A program made the translations under genes and the position numbers. The notes below the pieces were generated by a model. That model had not been told where the DNA came from and did not search any database. It saw only the letters and a list, made by a program, of their open reading frames with translations. This document shows positions 36,909 through 47,402 of a DNA stretch of 64,000 nt, in pieces. Each line of letters begins with the position of its first letter. Within the stretch, counting starts at the first letter, position 1. Source of the stretch: an uncultured virus (IMG/VR IMGVR_UViG_2744054492_000006) (Duplodnaviria > Heunggongvirae > Uroviricota > Caudoviricetes); the IMG/VR virus record IMGVR_UViG_2744054492_000006; one strand, given 5' to 3'.

Positions 36909-37709
36909 CTAATTGGAGATGATCAGCTCAGAGACCTGCTTACCCGCACCTTTCGCAATGGAATAGTTCAGGCTGACAACATCCTGCTGAAAGCCGTCAA
37001 AGGTCTGTCGCGTTTCGTCTCTATCATTCAGCGAGAGAATGAACCGACCTGCGATTTTGGAAAGCCGTTCTGCCATCTCCGCAAAGTCGGAGCGCTCAAA
37101 TACCCCCTTGCCGTAATCTGTCTCACCACCCCAGTAAGGCGGATCGATATAGAACAACGTCTGCTCTCCATCATAACGCTCTATGCAAGCACGCCAGTCC
37201 AAGTTTTCTATGGTCACTGCAGACAGCCTGTCTGCAACCTTCTCTATGTTACTCAGAACACGCTTTACGTTAAAGCGAGATGGCCGCTCTATCGCAGTCC
37301 CAAACGACTGTCCCACAGACTTACCACCAAATGCGAGCCGTTGGAGGTAATAGAAGCGAACAGCCCTTTGAATGTCAGTCAGATAATCCAGTCCACTATC
37401 TTTGAGCGCTTCAAATTCCTCACGTGAGGCAAACATGTATTCCAGGCTTCGCAAGAACTCAGCCTTGTGTGAGCGCAAAACACGAAAGAACGTGACAAGC
37501 TCACTATTTATATCGTTAATCACTTCGCATTTGGTGACAGAGCTTCTCTTGAAAAACACCCCGCCCATTCCGCAGAACACATCCACATAACTCTGGTGCG
37601 GGGTCTGATTGATCTTACCGACAATACGAGCAGCAAGCTGGCTTTTGCCGCCAAGATAGGGTGCCACCGGTTCAGCGTTGACCGGAGCGACTTCTCCAAA
37701 CAAGTTCAT
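36909..37709 (-). CDS. D12-class N6-adenine DNA methyltransferase (phage type; start MNLFGE)
   Basis: PYLGGKS, DVFCGMGG, EVINDIN and FYIDPPY motifs. Confidence 0.92.
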   Translation of the reverse strand: MNLFGEVAPVNAEPVAPYLGGKSQLAARIVGKINQTPHQSYVDVFCGMGGVFFKRSSVTKCEVINDINSELVTFFRVLRSHKAEFLRSLEYMFASREEFEALKDSGLDYLTDIQRAVRFYYLQRLAFGGKSVGQSFGTAIERPSRFNVKRVLSNIEKVADRLSAVTIENLDWRACIERYDGEQTLFYIDPPYWGGETDYGKGVFERSDFAEMAERLSKIAGRFILSLNDRDETRQTFDGFQQDVVSLNYSIAKGAGKQVSELIISN

Positions 37710-37740
37710 ATTGAAGTTTACTCTCAAGCTATGGCAAGAT

Positions 37741-37881
37741 TTCCCAACCATACAATTAACAATGTATGGCTTGGTGGGAATGAGCCTTTCAGCTTGCTTA
37801 ACGCTCTCACGGACTGATTTGACAAGGCCCGTGGATTGACGTGTTCACGCACGTCGTTCTTCCCACCAATACTCTGGTGGG
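37741..37881 (-). ncRNA. Putative structured cis-regulatory leader of the methylase gene
   Basis: TTGGTGGGAA/TTCCCACCAA closing stem enclosing three hairpins, with competing flanking hairpins. Confidence 0.55.
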
Positions 37882-38354
37882 TATCGAGAAGAGAGGGATC
37901 ATGGGAAAGAGGCGTTTGACCATAAGCTGACGCTCGCGCACCTTTGCACCATCCTTAGTCAGAGCTTGCCCTCAACCTCCAGTGCCTCTGATCCAGCTTA
38001 CTGGTGAAAGCAGAGGGCCGCACTTTGTAGCGGCGCAAGAAGCGTCTCGCGGCCAAAATCCGACATTCGCTGCTATGCGAAGGTAAGCGCATGCAATGGA
38101 GCTCTAGTGGACGTAGAGCATATTCGGCCTAGTATCGGTAATGTTTAACTGTCAATTTCCGGCCTGAGGTTGATTGAATTTTTGAGGGGGTAGTAGCTTT
38201 CACCCTAGCAAACAAGATGAAACTCAATTTTTACGAGGCATCCAAATTTTAAACATTCCCAAATTATTAAATGGAAGATTTATTGTTTGAAAAACAGTAT
38301 TTCTTCCACTAATATAAATTGCATTATTTATTCAGCGCCATAGGCTAGATCTAG

Positions 38355-39446
38355 ATGGAAGATTCCGACTTACGTCCTCACTTTATTCAGCTTCTTAGAT
38401 TCGCTGTTGTTGGAGACAAAAGAGGTGCAACGAATTTTGCACGTAAAACAGCTCGTGCTCTTAGGATGAGCAATAGCGACTTCGCAAGTGAAATTTCTGA
38501 TGTAATTGAAACACTTAAGACAAGCGAGGCAAGGGCATTCAGAGGCACTCCGAAACACATAGTGCCGGTTGATAGTGAAAGCCGCCATGAGTTGCTGCGC
38601 GTCGAGTACCCCGGAAAGCAACCAAAACCGTTTTTGCCCTCGAATATAGAAAGAGAAATTCTCCAAATTGTACACGAAAGACAGAAAATCGATCAACTGC
38701 ATGAGGCGGGCTTAACACCAGCAAAAACCCTGTTACTTTCCGGTGCTCCAGGCGTTGGTAAAACGATGTCGGCGAGATGGTTAGCTCAGCAACTGAATAA
38801 ACCATTGTTTGTACTCGACCTTGCAAGCGTAATGTCTTCTTTCCTAGGGAAAACAGGGACTAACCTTAAGCAGGTCTTAGATTTTGCAAAGAGGGAAGAT
38901 GGGATTCTTCTTCTAGATGAATTTGATGCAATCGCAAAAAAAAGAGATGATGAAGGAGAGATCGGTGAATTGAAACGCCTCGTTACAGTACTCTTGCAAG
39001 AGATTGATTTATGGCCAGAAAATCAACTGCTTATTGCTGCAACGAACCATTCCGAGTTACTTGATCCGGCTGTGTGGCGTCGATTTGATGTAGCCATTCT
39101 GTTCCCTCATCTCGACAGAAACATTATGGCACATGTGATTGAAAGAGAGATAAACAACCGAGCGGATGTAAGCTGGGCCAATGTTTTAGCGTATATCACC
39201 GATTGCAACTCATATGATGAAGCAGCATCTCTCGTAAGGAGAACTTTACGAAATGCTATTGTAAACGACATTGATACTGATTCCGCATTTCGTCTGTTAA
39301 CTCAGGAGTACCAAGCAAATTTGACTTCTGAGAAGAAAAAAATATTGGCCAGTAATCTTAGCAAGCTGGGTTATTCTCAAAGAAAAACCAGTGAGCTTAC
39401 AGGGTTAGCCAGAGAGACTTTAAGAAAATTGGATATTACGTGGTGA
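38355..39446 (+). CDS. ietA: AAA+ ATPase, IetA-like
   Basis: GAPGVGKT, LLDEFDAIAKKRDD..GELKR, AATNH..LDPAVWRRFD; adjacent to S8 protease. Confidence 0.85.
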   Translation: MEDSDLRPHFIQLLRFAVVGDKRGATNFARKTARALRMSNSDFASEISDVIETLKTSEARAFRGTPKHIVPVDSESRHELLRVEYPGKQPKPFLPSNIEREILQIVHERQKIDQLHEAGLTPAKTLLLSGAPGVGKTMSARWLAQQLNKPLFVLDLASVMSSFLGKTGTNLKQVLDFAKREDGILLLDEFDAIAKKRDDEGEIGELKRLVTVLLQEIDLWPENQLLIAATNHSELLDPAVWRRFDVAILFPHLDRNIMAHVIEREINNRADVSWANVLAYITDCNSYDEAASLVRRTLRNAIVNDIDTDSAFRLLTQEYQANLTSEKKKILASNLSKLGYSQRKTSELTGLARETLRKLDITW

Positions 39447-39453
39447 GGCAATT

Positions 39454-41682
39454 GTGGCAAGCAATACGAATTGGATTATTGGGCAAGGTGAAAACTTAAT
39501 CGAGAAAATTAGCCTAAAAACTGGCGGAGGTGACAAGGCATACCCCTACGAGTACGAGGATGCCGTAGAGCGATTAGAAGATGAGATTGAATATTCAGTA
39601 TCCCAAATAAACCAGCTTCCTAGCCTTGCATGCCCAAATGATGAGGCAGTACTGGCACTTACTCTTCATCCTAGCTTCCTTGCGAAGACCTACCATCCAA
39701 CCTCATTACTCAAAACACTCGGTCTACGACAAGTCGGAAGCCGTGAAACCAGAATTAGACCTGGGAGACACCCGTCAGCTAAAAAGGCAAATAAGAAATT
39801 AGTCGCTGCTGAGTTATTCATTGCAGGCCCACGATCAAATATTGAACTGCTTTGTCCTGATAAACATCCCACTCAAACACAAGCCTTTCAGGATGATTTC
39901 AGGAAAATTGAAGCTATTCGATCACTAGGCTCGGAGCGACTAAAATCACACCAACTATCTGGAAGAAATATACCGCTGGAAGTTGTGTTGCACTTTGGGC
40001 AACACACTTCAAATACCAATCTAGACACCATTGCAGCCTTCGAAAGGTGGTGCGATTCAATACTACCGAAATTTTCTATTGAGCATACTCAAATCGTGGG
40101 AGGACTTGCATTTTTAGGCCTGCGTGCAAATGCAGAATACTTAGAACATCTAACAAAATTTTCCTTCCTGCGCTTGATCCGCCGCATGCCACGCTTAACA
40201 TTTCGTGATTTTCCCAGTGAAGAAGCAACTTCAGAAAATCTAATTGACCTCTCTAAGATAAACCCAACAGGCTCCTCTCAGCGCGTTGCAATTTTAGATG
40301 GAGGTCTGGATGAGAAACACCCTTTTAACAACCTAGTGACGGTGAGAGAGCCAAGCGGGATAGGAAGCCCCTCTCCTTTCGCTCTAGCTCATGGTGCAAA
40401 GGTAACTTCAGCAGCTTTATTTGGAAGCATTGATAACCCTACTAGCCTACCCACCTGCTTCAGCAATATAGACCATTGGCGAGTTTATGATGAAGGTGAC
40501 AAGGACTTTGATCTGATGAAAGTGCTTGACAGAGTTACGACAGTACTCACACAGAATAGGTATGACATAGCATGCCTTTCAATAGGGCCTGACGAAGCAC
40601 TGTTGGATGATGATGTACATGCTTGGACTTCCAGACTAGACCAAATATCAGCAAATGGCCAAACGCTAATTATAGCCGCAGCTGGCAATAACGGCGAAGA
40701 AGATGCTAGTTTAGGATTGAACCGTATCCAGCCTTCTGCCGATGGTGTAAACGTATTGGCAGTGGGCTCAAAGGATAGTGTCGATAACAATTGGAGAAGG
40801 TGTTCCTACAGCGCTGTCGGACCAGGACGTAGCCCAGGCCTTGTAAAGCCCGATATTCTTGCTTTTGGAGGCACCAAAAACCAACCGTTTATAGTAATCA
40901 ATGGTCAAAGCCAGCTGTCATCTACCGCTGGAACCAGTTATTCAGCTCCTAGTGCGGCCCGTATAGCTGCTGGGTTAGCATCCACGTTCAGCGACCAAAT
41001 AACCCCTACAGCCTTGAAAGCGCTACTTATCCATCACGCATCCGAGAATGGCCATAACCAAATTGAAGTAGGATGGGGAAGCATCCCTAATGACATTACC
41101 GCCCTAATGACCTGCAAGGATAATGAAGCCACGGTTATATATCAGGGTTTTCTCGAACCCACGCGTCATATGCGTTTCCCGTTGCCGATGCCTAACGATG
41201 GTTTCAGAAACAAGGTTTCTATCAAAGCTACCTTTGTAGTATCGACCCCTGTAGATCCCGAAGATGCAATAAATTATACAAGAACTGGCGTGGGTATTAG
41301 CTTCCGCCCCTCTACAGTCGGTCACCCAGGCTTTCATTCAAACGGCAACGAACGAAGCACACATGAACCAAGGACATTCTTCGGAAAGTCGCAAATTTTT
41401 AAAACGGAACAAGAACTGAGGGATGATGCGGCTAGATGGGAGACGGTTCGTAAGCGTATTCAAAATTTTCGAGCTAAAACTCTTAACCGGCCTGTTTTCG
41501 ATATTGAGCATTTAGCTAGGCAAAATGGTCGCTCTGCTACACGCAGCAATTCTATTCCTTACGCATTAATTGCGACAATCCAAGAAATAAAAAACAACGA
41601 CTTATACAACAGTATTATTAGGACTTATGGAAACAGACTCAAAGCATTAGAACCGCGCATAGAAATTACTGCAAAAATTTAA
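39454..41682 (+). CDS. ietS: S8 subtilisin-like serine protease, IetS-like
   Basis: ILDGG, HG, AAGN, KPD and GTSYSAP catalytic motifs; no signal peptide. Confidence 0.88.
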   Translation: MASNTNWIIGQGENLIEKISLKTGGGDKAYPYEYEDAVERLEDEIEYSVSQINQLPSLACPNDEAVLALTLHPSFLAKTYHPTSLLKTLGLRQVGSRETRIRPGRHPSAKKANKKLVAAELFIAGPRSNIELLCPDKHPTQTQAFQDDFRKIEAIRSLGSERLKSHQLSGRNIPLEVVLHFGQHTSNTNLDTIAAFERWCDSILPKFSIEHTQIVGGLAFLGLRANAEYLEHLTKFSFLRLIRRMPRLTFRDFPSEEATSENLIDLSKINPTGSSQRVAILDGGLDEKHPFNNLVTVREPSGIGSPSPFALAHGAKVTSAALFGSIDNPTSLPTCFSNIDHWRVYDEGDKDFDLMKVLDRVTTVLTQNRYDIACLSIGPDEALLDDDVHAWTSRLDQISANGQTLIIAAAGNNGEEDASLGLNRIQPSADGVNVLAVGSKDSVDNNWRRCSYSAVGPGRSPGLVKPDILAFGGTKNQPFIVINGQSQLSSTAGTSYSAPSAARIAAGLASTFSDQITPTALKALLIHHASENGHNQIEVGWGSIPNDITALMTCKDNEATVIYQGFLEPTRHMRFPLPMPNDGFRNKVSIKATFVVSTPVDPEDAINYTRTGVGISFRPSTVGHPGFHSNGNERSTHEPRTFFGKSQIFKTEQELRDDAARWETVRKRIQNFRAKTLNRPVFDIEHLARQNGRSATRSNSIPYALIATIQEIKNNDLYNSIIRTYGNRLKALEPRIEITAKI

Positions 41683-41701
41683 CTTCTTTACTTTTATCGC
41701 A

Positions 41702-42745
41702 ATGCAATTGATGGCCAAAATGAATAATGAAAATCTAACTCAACAAGCTAAAGAACTATCTGACGCAATTACCAAACGCATCAACCGAGCTGACTTTACC
41801 AATCTCACAATAAGAATTTCATTTATTTTAGGAGGAGGCCTTGCTGCAACAATTGGTGGACTAATGCCTGCTCCAGCAGTTGGTGAGATCCCCTGGAAGT
41901 CAATTATTGGTATCGGCGGTGCAGTACTTACTCTCTTAGGCGGCCTAGCATTACTATTTCTCGAACAAGACCAAACTTCCGATATGGATAAAGCTAGACG
42001 TGCAATCGAAACAGCCCGTGTTTATTTGAGCAATCGAGAAGAAATTCAAAGGCAGTTCGATGATATGCGTAAGCTAGACTCCAAACGACGAAGTCTTATA
42101 TCTGCACTGCAGGCAATGCGAGAAGTTTCAGAACAATCAGCCTACACAGGAGAAGTGGACACAGCTAAGTCACTGAAGGATCTATTCGACGTTTCACTCA
42201 ATCAATTGTTACCTGCAATGGGTTATCAATCTGGGGAGTTTCATTCAATAAGCGTCTACAAAGTTAGATCTGTTTCTGGTGAAGATGAACTTCTTGAAGG
42301 TTTAGTAGATCGACGCTCAAATCGCATCGAAGAAGTCGCACCAGGCCGAACTTGGGCAATGGGCGAAGGCTTCACTGGTGCTGCTTGGCAGCGCAATTCA
42401 GAGCTAATAATAGACGACTCCGCTCACCACACAATTAAGTCAGCTTTTTATGTTCCTGATGGCAAGATTAGAGAAGATGATCATGAAAGGTATCGCTCCA
42501 TAGCTTCTTTTCCTATTCGTGTAGGTACAGAGGGGAAAGTTTGGGGAATTGTAACGATTTCAAGCGATATGGTAGGTAGGTTCAGCACTAATGGGGCTGC
42601 AGGTGCAACACAAAATGTGGAAGCTGCGCGGACTGTAGCTGGAATGGTAGCTTTACTCGTAGGGATCACCTATATAAACTCTAAGAAGTTAGGAATCGAG
42701 GAAAAGGAGACTTCTGATGATCAAGAGCAGCCAGAAAGCGCTTAA
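41702..42745 (+). CDS. Two-TM + coiled-coil + GAF-domain protein
   Basis: Two N-terminal TM helices; GEGFTGAAW..YRSIASFPI..WGIVTISSD GAF pattern. Confidence 0.75.
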   Translation: MQLMAKMNNENLTQQAKELSDAITKRINRADFTNLTIRISFILGGGLAATIGGLMPAPAVGEIPWKSIIGIGGAVLTLLGGLALLFLEQDQTSDMDKARRAIETARVYLSNREEIQRQFDDMRKLDSKRRSLISALQAMREVSEQSAYTGEVDTAKSLKDLFDVSLNQLLPAMGYQSGEFHSISVYKVRSVSGEDELLEGLVDRRSNRIEEVAPGRTWAMGEGFTGAAWQRNSELIIDDSAHHTIKSAFYVPDGKIREDDHERYRSIASFPIRVGTEGKVWGIVTISSDMVGRFSTNGAAGATQNVEAARTVAGMVALLVGITYINSKKLGIEEKETSDDQEQPESA

Positions 42746-42923
42746 CGATCTTGCCTCGATTGATCGTGAGGTTGAAACTCTAACGGTATCAGTAACAAAG
42801 CTAAATGACACTCAGAAGGAGCAACGTAACGAGCTCCGCATGCGCATTGATGAACTTCAGCGCCGTCGTATTGAACTTTCTGAGCCGAGGGCATTTAGGG
42901 AAGTTTCTGCAATGTTCGGTTGA
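42717..42923 (+). CDS. Small coiled-coil protein
   Basis: AAGGAG RBS, overlaps the GAF gene, followed by a terminator. Confidence 0.6.
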   Translation: MIKSSQKALNDLASIDREVETLTVSVTKLNDTQKEQRNELRMRIDELQRRRIELSEPRAFREVSAMFG

Positions 42924-42962
42924 AATCTCGACAGCAACATAAATCTAGTTCTGATAGTTCGG

Positions 42963-42995
42963 CGGCGGTGAAGTTATTCTCTCATCGCCGTTTTT
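42963..42995 (+). terminator. Rho-independent terminator closing the AAA/S8/GAF operon
   Basis: CGGCGGTGA-loop-TCATCGCCG-TTTTT. Confidence 0.65.
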
Positions 42996-43513
42996 ATGCA
43001 ATCGATTAATTAAAGGAAATGGAATTTCCATTCCGACATCTCTCCGTTGTCTTTACAGAGTTATTTGAGGTTAGTAGCCTCATACTGAACGTTGTTGCAC
43101 TGCAAGCGATCACTATTTTCTGTATTCCGATGAATGGCAGCTTTGGGCTCGAAGCCTTCTAACGCCTACGGCGTATAGAGCTATGAATTCCTGGCCAACA
43201 AGGTCTTCTGAAAGTTCACTACAGACAGCAGCAACTCTTGATAGAATCTCTCCAATGGCAGTTCATGGCCCTGAATTTCTAAACTTTCCTGCCACGTAGC
43301 AGCGTGACCATGTGCGGACATTCACCTTAGCTTAAGGCAGCACTTGCTGCAGTGAGGCATCAATTTATGATTGATCCCACTCACCTTGTCTCTATGGGTG
43401 GAATGGAGACCTTCGCTGCGATGCAGCTGGATTGGCCTCCTAAAGTCAGAAGCTGACCTTAGCTCCATCCGATTTGCGAATGATAGCGTTAGTTCTAAAG
43501 AATTTCTGCTTCC

Positions 43514-45289
43514 CTATAGAGAACATTTCTTCAGAAACGCAATGGCTTCTCTTCGATAGTAATTGGCAACGTACTCAAGCTGTCGCTTTTCCTCTATGGT
43601 GCCAAGGTCAGCACGGTGCGCATGTTCCGATATGCCCTGAGACAGGCGACGCATAATGTGCTTTGGCACATCTTCTCTCTTAGCGCGTAGCTTTTGAGTA
43701 TAGACACCAGTTATTACGTATGGCCGGCGCTGATCCTCCGGTCCGTAGGTTTCGATTTGAGCAAGGCAAAGCGCTTCAGGCAAGTATTTACCCCAGTGCC
43801 CATCGAACAATTGGCTCACTACGCTTTCAGCCTCGAAGGGCAGTACCGGATAAAGCGTTCCGACATATGCGCGAGCATTACCAAATGTGAAACGCCCTGC
43901 GAGTTCATGCCATGAAACGCACGCATTGTTGATGACGATAGGCGACCCACCGCCGGCGAGGCTGGCAAGCACTGGCATGTAATTGTTATCGTGCATTGCC
44001 ATCGCTGCCGATAGTTTAACTCGAGCTAAAGGCTCTTTGGATACGGGCTTAAAATCGTCGGTTCTAATCCGCTCCCCATAGTCGTTGATAGCCGTTCCGA
44101 TATAATGATTTTCCTTCGCAACGGGATCACTCCAATCGACACCGTCAAGCGATTGAAAGTAGTTAAACCGAGTCACTTGAAGTTTATCAGGATCATCAGA
44201 TCGGCTGACGCCAATTGCCTCGTCCACAACAAGGTTACGATCGATACCCTCACTATCTCTATATTCATAGGTGCAACGCCATCCGGGAGCATCACCGCAA
44301 TGCGTTGCGAATAAAAGAAGATCGTAAGGAAAATGGTCAACCATATCCGTGATGCTTCTTACGTCTGCGGCCCTTCCGCGATACGCTCGCACTAACATTG
44401 ATCGTTTGGGCAATTCTTTTAATGCGGCATCGATTTCGGGAGCCGTCGTTTTCTGTGGATCGACCAGAACGGCAACATTTACACCACGGGATGCTTTTTG
44501 TTCTGCGGCAAAACCATTTGCTACAGAAACCCCACAATCGGGATAAGTGAAGATATGTGTCGAGGGCTGGGTTGGAAAACCAACGCCAAATGGCAGTTTC
44601 TTAGTAAAAAATGTTAGAGAGGAAACTCCAGACGTCTTGATCTCGCCACATAACTCGCGGAGCTGCGTTTGTAGCTGTTGGCGCTCCTCACCGTTTTCAG
44701 ACTGATAAAAATCCTCGAGTAGTCTTCGGGCAATTTCATTGGCTACCTTCGGGATGATTGTAAGCCCAGCCCCTAGGGAATATGCGTAATTGGCCGCAAT
44801 GATTTCTGACATTGGCTCGCCCGCCTCGCACACCACATGATGCCTGCTTGGCCCTGCAATAGAAGGTATCGTAGAAGAAACGTCATCGAACTCGATAAGA
44901 CGCCCTTCATAAAGGGCTCGAAGAAGCCCTACACCAATATTGTTTCTACCCCATCTGAGACGGTCATTGTTGAGCAGCCACTTCGAGGCTAATGCCTCAA
45001 CCTCATTGTCAGCGCAACGTCCTACGACATTTTGCGGCAATTGGGTGGCCATTGCGCTTTCTTGGGATGTAGAAAGGCCCGATAAGATGACCTTGTTGGC
45101 ATTGATCCGCGCAAGCGCATTGTTTCGGCGTATCACCTCAGCCTGTGCATCATCTCGTGCCAACCTTGGACCATCTAATACTGCCAAATAGTGGTGCCGA
45201 CGCGCAAGTGCCGAAGTTAGGCGCGCAGCCAAAACCGCGTCATCAGAAACGATGGCAGTACCGAGGAGTTTGGGAGAACGCATTACCAT
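43514..45289 (-). CDS. CHAT/caspase-fold cysteine protease-like protein
   Basis: LLFATHCG (His), VINNACVS (Cys), AYVGTLYPV and AL..AQ..PYV..G CHAT-type motifs. Confidence 0.7.
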   Translation of the reverse strand: MVMRSPKLLGTAIVSDDAVLAARLTSALARRHHYLAVLDGPRLARDDAQAEVIRRNNALARINANKVILSGLSTSQESAMATQLPQNVVGRCADNEVEALASKWLLNNDRLRWGRNNIGVGLLRALYEGRLIEFDDVSSTIPSIAGPSRHHVVCEAGEPMSEIIAANYAYSLGAGLTIIPKVANEIARRLLEDFYQSENGEERQQLQTQLRELCGEIKTSGVSSLTFFTKKLPFGVGFPTQPSTHIFTYPDCGVSVANGFAAEQKASRGVNVAVLVDPQKTTAPEIDAALKELPKRSMLVRAYRGRAADVRSITDMVDHFPYDLLLFATHCGDAPGWRCTYEYRDSEGIDRNLVVDEAIGVSRSDDPDKLQVTRFNYFQSLDGVDWSDPVAKENHYIGTAINDYGERIRTDDFKPVSKEPLARVKLSAAMAMHDNNYMPVLASLAGGGSPIVINNACVSWHELAGRFTFGNARAYVGTLYPVLPFEAESVVSQLFDGHWGKYLPEALCLAQIETYGPEDQRRPYVITGVYTQKLRAKREDVPKHIMRRLSQGISEHAHRADLGTIEEKRQLEYVANYYRREAIAFLKKCSL

Positions 45290-45946
45290 ATATGGATGGC
45301 CTTATAAAATTTTTGTGCCAATATGTGTCGCTCAGATCAGCACTGTCAGGTCAGAAAAGGGCGATTTATCGGCGTTATTACTTGAGTATTCGCGCCACAT
45401 TCAGTTTCGCATGTAGCCTAGGGCTTTCGAACAGCTCATGCGCCGCATTAGATTGTTCATTCACAGATTAGGCCAATTTCCCGACATTCTTGAAATAATC
45501 ATCAATCTCCAAAACCTAATTCCTTATAGTACAACCCTGAGAGTACCATGTATCAACAACGGTCATTTCGTTCGAAGTGTTGAACGAATTAATCTAATCC
45601 GCTTCAAAGTAGCCATTCAAGTGGCGGGGGCGAAAGGTAGTAATGCGAAAGCTGCACCTCAGCACCAGATCCACTAGCGAAAGGCAGCAATTGGGCCGGA
45701 AGAAGTTATTGAGGCGTACTCGCCTCAATAATCGGCTTGTGTTTTGGAGCCCAACTGTTCAACCTTTGATGGAACCGCTCGAAGGTCAGCAATTGGCCTA
45801 CGTTACGTGATACCTGCGGACATTCGCTCTAGATTTAGTCACTCAACATCTCGCTACGCCCACAAAGTTCAACACAACGTTGGTTGACTACTATAGCCTT
45901 GTGGCTCGCCGTTATTGTTTTTGAGTTACGCCGCAGATGCCACAAA

Positions 45947-46228
45947 TTAATCTCTATCTGCCCAAATGGAACTAGCTAGACGCGAGGCACGTCGCACCCG
46001 AAGAGCTGCCCATAACGAGACTTGGCAGCCAATGAAGCCAGTCCAGGCAATCAAGAACTGGGCTCCATTCGGTTCAGTCGCCGCTTCATACGCGAAAAGA
46101 AGAGAACAGATGGAGCCCGCAGTCACCAAAACAACAAAGCCGAACCAAGCATGCCTTGTTACACCATGAAACCGATTAGATAGATGAGGAGCAAAAACAC
46201 TGGTGTTTCGAAAGAATGAGTTTTGCAT
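45947..46228 (-). CDS. Small two-TM membrane protein
   Basis: Two hydrophobic helices; AGGGGG RBS. Confidence 0.55.
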   Translation of the reverse strand: MQNSFFRNTSVFAPHLSNRFHGVTRHAWFGFVVLVTAGSICSLLFAYEAATEPNGAQFLIAWTGFIGCQVSLWAALRVRRASRLASSIWADRD

Positions 46229-46491
46229 AGTAACCCCCTAATAAGTACCTCTATCGGTTACCGTGAGATGCACTACTCAAAAAATAAACCCATAGATCTT
46301 ATAAAAATAAAAGTTACCTACATATTTAATATTATTTAGATTTCAACAATATTCACAATTACGTTATTTGAAGAACAAACAAATACACAAATATTACTAA
46401 ACCATAACTGACCACCAATTATCAGATAAGCTTAATCAGCTTAGGTTTCTGCATGAATTAATGCTATCCCCGCCGCTGGATAGCGCTTTAT

Positions 46492-46716
46492 TTAAATAAC
46501 TACAATTGCACCATTTCTTAAATTCAGGGCACGACTTTCTTTGTAGATGATTTGATCACATGCTTGCTCTGTTATCGGCTTGACCTCCAAATTATTGCAA
46601 ACATGCACACTCTCCTCATAAGACAATTCTCTCAGAATGACCAAGGCATGATTGATTGCCTCTTCTTCATTTGCCCCAAGTCCCAGAATAGACGTTCTAT
46701 AAACCGCAACAAACAT
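46492..46716 (-). CDS. Hypothetical protein
   Basis: AGGAG RBS, 74-aa ORF. Confidence 0.55.
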   Translation of the reverse strand: MFVAVYRTSILGLGANEEEAINHALVILRELSYEESVHVCNNLEVKPITEQACDQIIYKESRALNLRNGAIVVI

Positions 46717-47006
46717 GAAAAACTCCTATAAATAACGTGTAAAAAATTTCACACGTATGCATTAGGAACTGATCGCAGCCATTAAGTTACTGGTGAGAAT
46801 AAGAGGCGAGATAGGGCGGATTCATTTGCTCTCTATTTTGATAGACACTAATCCGTTTCCTCAAATCACGTCATGCGAGTTATTCAATACATCACAACCT
46901 ATGAGATTAATTGCCCTTAGCTATTATTTAGCGAAAAAGAGCAGCTTGCGATAATTGGTTCAGACCAACATTGTCCGATCAAACGTCATCACCTTTGAGG
47001 TCAATT

Positions 47007-47243
47007 ATGTATAACTTCACCAGACCAACTTGTGCGGCGACTGCAATCATTTATCTGGTTGAATTACATCAAGCAGACTTGATGTTTCATGCTGATGATA
47101 GCCCTCAAGAGTGCGTATTTGGCAGAGAAATCTCATCAGAAACACTAGAAGTGATGGACCAGTATATGCAGAGAACCCATACATATTTGGAAGATCCGCA
47201 CGTAATCATCTATGAGCTAAGTAGATCGCCGGACGATTACTGA
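47007..47243 (+). CDS. Hypothetical protein (start MYNFT)
   Basis: GAGG RBS; FH.DD.P motif seen in small phage proteins. Confidence 0.55.
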   Translation: MYNFTRPTCAATAIIYLVELHQADLMFHADDSPQECVFGREISSETLEVMDQYMQRTHTYLEDPHVIIYELSRSPDDY

Positions 47244-47402
47244 GACACGATCCAATTCACCTCTGGCTCTTTAAGCAAACATGCGATTTTAATCTTTTTT
47301 GTCAATCCTCCAGCCGCATATCACAGCGCCAGCCAAATGGAATTGTCTCATCTCTTTTTTAGAACTCTCGGATCTCCAGTAAGGACGATCAGTACCGCTC
47401 GG

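Noticed and set aside
36849..37427. 192-aa plus-strand ORF
   Set aside because: Antisense shadow of the methyltransferase with no recognisable motifs.
45300..45680. Small ORFs or a pseudogene upstream of the CHAT-like gene
   Set aside because: Only short interrupted frames with no recognisable homology.
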